Part shown: in pieces, positions 29,858 to 34,051 of the stretch
Position numbering within the stretch: position 1 is the stretch's first letter
Layout: every line of letters begins with the position of its first letter
From: Prasinococcaceae sp. CCMP 1430
Taxonomy: Eukaryota; Plantae; Prasinodermophyta
Reading direction: 5' to 3'
Length of the DNA: 34,051 bases
Assembly: GCA_013416795.1 (NCBI GenBank)
Contig: RQSC01001285.1
Span: 1-34,051 of the forward strand
Program-made: the position numbers and the translations under genes
The notes under the pieces: generated by a model
Told to the model about the DNA's origin: nothing
What the model saw: the letters and a program-made list of their open reading frames with translations, nothing else
The model's database searches: none

Positions 29858-31714
29858 CTAAGAGCTTAGGAGCGCCGCATCCTCGATGTCGATACCATCA
29901 GCATCGATGGCAGCATCGTCACTCGCAAGGGTGCCATCACCGCGAAGCTGCATGATCTCGATGCCGCCATCGCTTGGTCCAGCGCCGTCGCCCGAGGCCT
30001 CATTCATTTTGTCTCGGTGGATTTGCGCTCTCGCGCCGTTCTTGAAGATAGCCTGGACCTCTTCGAGGGTTCGGCCGCGCGTCTCAGGTAGCAGCAGGTA
30101 CACGAACATCCCTCCTCCAGCGGCGATGATCGCAAAGACCAGAAAGCCACCGGCACCCGGCACACTCATTATCTCGAGGAACACAGCGTCAGTGAGGGCA
30201 CCAAAAAGGAACAGGCCCGCAGTGCTGACCGCCTGAGCCGACGCCTTTATACGCATAGAGAATACCTCGCTCACGATGACCCAGAAGCCGCCCGCCCACG
30301 ACGCTGCGAACGCGAACATGAAGGCGCACATGCTGGCCACGGTCCACGGGGCGGAGAGGGAACGCACGGCGACGAAGAGGCCCACCATCGACAGCGCTAT
30401 CAGCGCTGCGCCAGCGATGAAGAGCGGCCGCCTGCCCAGCCTGTCAATCGCAAAAGCACCGAAGGCCACGCCGATGCCCTTGGAGAGCATCACGACAATG
30501 CTCAACACAATCTTGAGCTGGTCCGATTCGACGCCTGCATCTTCGAGCACCTTGCTCGAGTAGTTGATTATTGACGTGCTGGCCACCGCCTGGTTGAAAA
30601 AGGCAAGTCCTATGGCGAGCCAGAATGGGTAGCGCTCCTCGCCCGTAGCGAGCTCTGCCATGGACGACACCACTGTCTTCAGCGAGCGTGGGAACGAGCC
30701 GTAGGGCGTTGGCGCGCTCAGGAGATGCCGGCGGGCGTCCCAACCGACCTGGTCGCTGCGCCCGTCTGAAGAGCTCTCCGAGGTGAGCCTGACGCGCTCC
30801 ATGCGCCCGGGCGAGGCGCCCTGGTCATTCGTTTCGTGAGCGTCGATGCCCCCACTCTCGCCTCCCTGCGAGCGTCGCGGCGGACCGCGATCCTTGTTCC
30901 GCAACTCCTCCTCTTCAGCATTCACCCTCTCGACACTGGTCCACAGCTCCATGAGCTCGTAGTTGACTGCGTCCGATGCGCTCATGTCCTCGCTCACATC
31001 CTCTGCGGTACCTCCGCGAAGCCTGTTAATGGCGGCAAGTGCTGCACCCATGTCACCCTTCATGATGAGCCAGCGCGCGCTCTCCGGCACGAGGACCTGT
31101 GCCGCCGGCAGCGCAAGCGCCGGAATGGCGGCCGCGCCCACCATGATGCGCCAGCGCCACGCGTCTTTGATCGTCTCGCCCGTGTCTTCCTCCGAGGTGC
31201 CCCCCGCACTCGCTGCCAAGTCCACCAGCATGCTTGCTACAGAGCCGACGGTGAGCATTACCTCATAGATGGACACAATCGCGCCGCGGTGAGCGGCGGG
31301 AGCGACCTCTGCCAGGTAAGTCGGCACCACGACGGCGCTCATGCCTACCCCGACGCCGCTCAAGAGCCTCCCAAGCGTGAGCAGCCAGACGTTCGGCGAG
31401 AAAGCCATCAGCACCGGGCCAAGAATATATGGCACGGCGCTAAGCGATATAGCCGGTCGCCTGCCGTGCGAGAGCATGAGTGCCGCACCGATGAACGCGC
31501 CGGCGAACGCACCCAGTTTCGCTCCCGCGACTATGAGCTCCTCCTCAACCTCGGACGCGCCCAGGTCGAAGACAATGAGCTCGAGCGCCCCAGATATTAG
31601 GCCCAAATCATAGCCAAACAGGAAGCCTCCCAGCGCGGACACCGCGACGATGCGCGCCAGCATCATGTGCGCCCGTGAGAGGCCGCGGAGGCAGCAGCAG
31701 CACGGTACACCCAT
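29858..31714 (-). CDS. MFS sugar porter family transporter (inositol/polyol-transporter-like), 618 aa, intronless
   Basis: GGFLFGYDLGLISGA, GRRPAI, GRLLSGVGVG, YLAEVAPAAHRG, WRIMVG, PESARWL, DRLGRRPL, SEVFSMRIK, LPETRGRTLEEV; large central loop. Confidence 0.93.
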   Translation of the reverse strand: MGVPCCCCLRGLSRAHMMLARIVAVSALGGFLFGYDLGLISGALELIVFDLGASEVEEELIVAGAKLGAFAGAFIGAALMLSHGRRPAISLSAVPYILGPVLMAFSPNVWLLTLGRLLSGVGVGMSAVVVPTYLAEVAPAAHRGAIVSIYEVMLTVGSVASMLVDLAASAGGTSEEDTGETIKDAWRWRIMVGAAAIPALALPAAQVLVPESARWLIMKGDMGAALAAINRLRGGTAEDVSEDMSASDAVNYELMELWTSVERVNAEEEELRNKDRGPPRRSQGGESGGIDAHETNDQGASPGRMERVRLTSESSSDGRSDQVGWDARRHLLSAPTPYGSFPRSLKTVVSSMAELATGEERYPFWLAIGLAFFNQAVASTSIINYSSKVLEDAGVESDQLKIVLSIVVMLSKGIGVAFGAFAIDRLGRRPLFIAGAALIALSMVGLFVAVRSLSAPWTVASMCAFMFAFAASWAGGFWVIVSEVFSMRIKASAQAVSTAGLFLFGALTDAVFLEIMSVPGAGGFLVFAIIAAGGGMFVYLLLPETRGRTLEEVQAIFKNGARAQIHRDKMNEASGDGAGPSDGGIEIMQLRGDGTLASDDAAIDADGIDIEDAALLSS

Positions 31715-32041
31715 CGCCGGCCGCGGCACTCGGCCACTCGCGAGACCGGCGCGTGCGAGCAGCGGCGGCGGCAGCGGCCACCACCGCCACCGCGACCGCA
31801 GCCGCTCGCAAGGCCCCTTCCCCTCAGCTCCCAAGCCCCCAGCACACCCTTGCAAACGAAAAGACGCACACTAGCGCCCCTTCCCCGCCCTCGCACCAGC
31901 CCCAACACCCCTACCGCGCCAGCAACGGCCACGTGCGCGCCGAGCGCACGCACTGGCGCGCACCGTGCGCCTCACTCGAGAATCCGGCTCCAGCACGAGA
32001 TCAAGCTTTTTTCGAAAGGACGCTAACCCTACTGTGGTACT

Positions 32042-32050
32042 AAACCCTAA
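32042..32050 (+). promoter_or_regulatory. Telo-box AAACCCTAA upstream of the sugar-transporter gene
   Basis: Exact plant telo-box; related CTAACCCTA and GGGTTT sites flank it. Confidence 0.45.
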
Positions 32051-32112
32051 TACTTGAAAAGGGTTTACCGCCCATCACGGTCCTACAGCTGAGCGCTCCG
32101 CGCGCGGGCTCT

Positions 32113-33648
32113 TTACCACGAGCGCTTGGTGTACGCGACCATGTCGTGCACGTTGCCCTCCTTCTGGGCTGCCCCCGAGCGGCACTCCATGCGCAGCTCA
32201 CCCGCGTCGAGCTTGGCATGCGCGTCGGCGAGCGACTTGGCGCCGAAATCCTGGAAGCCCTGCTTGACCGCGTGCGTGAGGAACGGCACGGTCTTGAAGA
32301 TCGAACCCTTGTCTGCCACCGCGCCCGAGACGCCCTGCGCGATCTTCAGGCGGCTCTTGTCGCTGAGGTAGCGCGTGTCCGAGCCCTGCTGCATGGCCTC
32401 GAGCGAGCCCATGCCACGGTAGCGCTTGACGCGCTTGCCTTCGTACATGAAGTAGTCGCCGGGCGACTCCTCCGTCCCAGCGAAGAGCGAGCCGCACATC
32501 ACCGCCGACGCGCCTAGCGCGAGCGCCTTGGTGATGTTGCCGCTGTTCTGGATACCACCGTCGGCCATGAAGGGCACGCCCGCCGCGCGCGCGATGCGGC
32601 CCACGTGGTACACGGCGGTGGCCTGGCCGCGGCCCACGGCGCAGACCTCCTGCGTCGTGCAGATCGACCCACTGCCCATGCCCACGCGCAGGCCATCGGC
32701 GCCCGCCTGGATGAGGCGCTGAGCCTGCGCGCCGCACACCACGTTGCCGCAGATCACGTCGAGCTCCGGGTGGGTCTGCTTGAGGTACTTGAGCATGTTG
32801 ATCTGGAAGACCGAGTCGCCTTGCGACGAGTCGAGCACTACGGCGCAGGCGCCCGCGGCAACCAGCTCCGCCGCGCGTGTCTTGTCGTCCTCGCGCGTGC
32901 CGATGGCCGCCGCGATGCGCAGCTTGCCGCTAGCGTCGGCCGTTGGCGGGGCGGGCGCCTGAGGGCAGGCGCGCAGCGAGCGCAGATCGGCGCGCGCAAG
33001 TGCGGCCACCGCGCAGCCGTTCGCATCCACCACGGGCAGGAGGCCCTTCTTGCACGCGGCGAGCTGCGCGTAGGCATCCTCCGCGGCGACGCCCGCCTCC
33101 ACCGTGGTGACATCCGCCGTCATCACCTCGCGGAGCGCCGTGTGCGCGTCCTCCACGAACTCGACGTCGCGGTTGGTCACGACGCCCAGCAGCTTGCCCC
33201 CAATGGCGCCAGTGTCGGTGACGAGCACGTCGACGTCGTCGCCGCGCGAGTGCGAGCCGCGCAGCTTGTGCACGTCCGCGACGGTGGCGTCCGGGCCGAG
33301 GGTGGGCACGCGCACGTCGTACAGGCGGCGGTACTGCGTCGCTTCGCGCACGGCGGCCGTCTGCTCCGCGATCGTCTGGTTGTAGTGCACGACGCCCGCG
33401 GCACCAACGCTCGCCATCGCGGCGGCCATGGTGGCGCCGGTGACCGTGTCCATCGGCGAGCTCACCATCGGCACGCCGATGCTCACGCGCTTGGACAGCT
33501 TGGTCGACAGGTCCACGGTCTCCGCACCGAAGTCGATGTGGCCCGGGTGCATGATGATGTCGTCGTACGTGTACGTCACGCCCTGCGTGAAGACCTGGCG
33601 GGCGCTGAAGCCATCATAGAACGCGCCAAACTCATCGGACGACGCCAT
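32113..33648 (-). CDS. IMPDH: Inosine-5'-monophosphate dehydrogenase with CBS pair, 511 aa, intronless
   Basis: TYDD, VSSPMDTVT, LDSSQGDS, GMGSGSICTTQEVCAVGR (catalytic Cys), ADGGI, KRYRGMGSLEAM, IAQGVSG. Confidence 0.98.
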   Translation of the reverse strand: MASSDEFGAFYDGFSARQVFTQGVTYTYDDIIMHPGHIDFGAETVDLSTKLSKRVSIGVPMVSSPMDTVTGATMAAAMASVGAAGVVHYNQTIAEQTAAVREATQYRRLYDVRVPTLGPDATVADVHKLRGSHSRGDDVDVLVTDTGAIGGKLLGVVTNRDVEFVEDAHTALREVMTADVTTVEAGVAAEDAYAQLAACKKGLLPVVDANGCAVAALARADLRSLRACPQAPAPPTADASGKLRIAAAIGTREDDKTRAAELVAAGACAVVLDSSQGDSVFQINMLKYLKQTHPELDVICGNVVCGAQAQRLIQAGADGLRVGMGSGSICTTQEVCAVGRGQATAVYHVGRIARAAGVPFMADGGIQNSGNITKALALGASAVMCGSLFAGTEESPGDYFMYEGKRVKRYRGMGSLEAMQQGSDTRYLSDKSRLKIAQGVSGAVADKGSIFKTVPFLTHAVKQGFQDFGAKSLADAHAKLDAGELRMECRSGAAQKEGNVHDMVAYTKRSW

Positions 33649-34051
33649 GGCCGCCGTGGGGACGCGGGCCGCGGCAGGCGGCGCAGGGGCGAGCGAGGGG
33701 GCGAGAGGAGGGAGATGTCACGCGCTCTCACCTCGCACGCCTCGCGCGCGCCGAGTGGCGCGCCACGCGCTCCCCGCCCCCCTCGCGCCGCCCGCCTTCC
33801 CCCCACCCGCCCGCCTCGCCTCGCCCCGCACCGCCGGCACGCCGGCAGCCGCCGCCGCGCAGCTTCGTATTCGAGCCGCCGCGCGAAACGAGCCGCGGCG
33901 GCCGCGCGCCAAACCCAAACCCGCGCGTGCGCTGAGCAGCGCGGCAAGGTATCAAAGACCATAGGCAGCGCGTGTGAACCAAACCCTCTCACATCATACC
34001 CTCCCCCGCCCGCCCGCCCGCGCGCGCGCGCGCGCGCGCGCGCAGGGGCGG

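Noticed and set aside
1-34051. Transposon, Introner-type repeat intron, tRNA/rRNA, CRISPR or viral insert
   Set aside because: No transposase/RT/integrase motifs, terminal repeats, mutually similar introns, cloverleafs or repeat-spacer arrays seen by eye; a Rfam/RepeatMasker scan would be needed to exclude small elements.

Overview
Nuclear DNA from a compact, very GC-rich eukaryote with short spliceosomal introns (donors mostly GTGCGC/GTGCGT/GTGAG, CTGAC branch points, CAG acceptors). Nuclear-encoded plastid ribosomal proteins, FZL and a plant-type cytochrome c point to a green alga, probably prasinophyte-grade (inference). I can support about 19 protein-coding genes or gene fragments. In order: PP1 inhibitor-2, plastid RPL9, plastid RPL24, a 5'-less BRCT fragment, a gap-truncated unknown gene, a mitochondrial-carrier protein, an LRRC57-like protein, an 83-aa two-TM protein just upstream of it, ATX1, an SF-assemblin-like protein, a tail-anchored C2 protein, NDUFS7, cytochrome c, FZL, a C12orf56/DUF4551-like protein, a DRP3/Dnm1-like dynamin, a Hook-like coiled-coil protein, an MFS sugar transporter and IMPDH. 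I found no supportable tRNA, rRNA, transposon or CRISPR. Most ORF-track entries are GC-driven shadow ORFs. The assembly is draft quality (N gap, long C/G homopolymers, (GC)n at both ends). Best leads: (1) a candidate bicistronic locus (small ER-type membrane protein followed by LRRC57) with leaky-scanning hallmarks; (2) green-algal homologues of animal/fungal-type proteins (C12orf56-like, Hook-like); (3) an ATX1 with an N-myristoylation-type extension; (4) a head-to-head junction where RPL24 and a BRCT gene both lack start codons; (5) an unexplained transcript-like interval at 20.3-21.7 kb. All family assignments come from remembered motifs, not from database searches.
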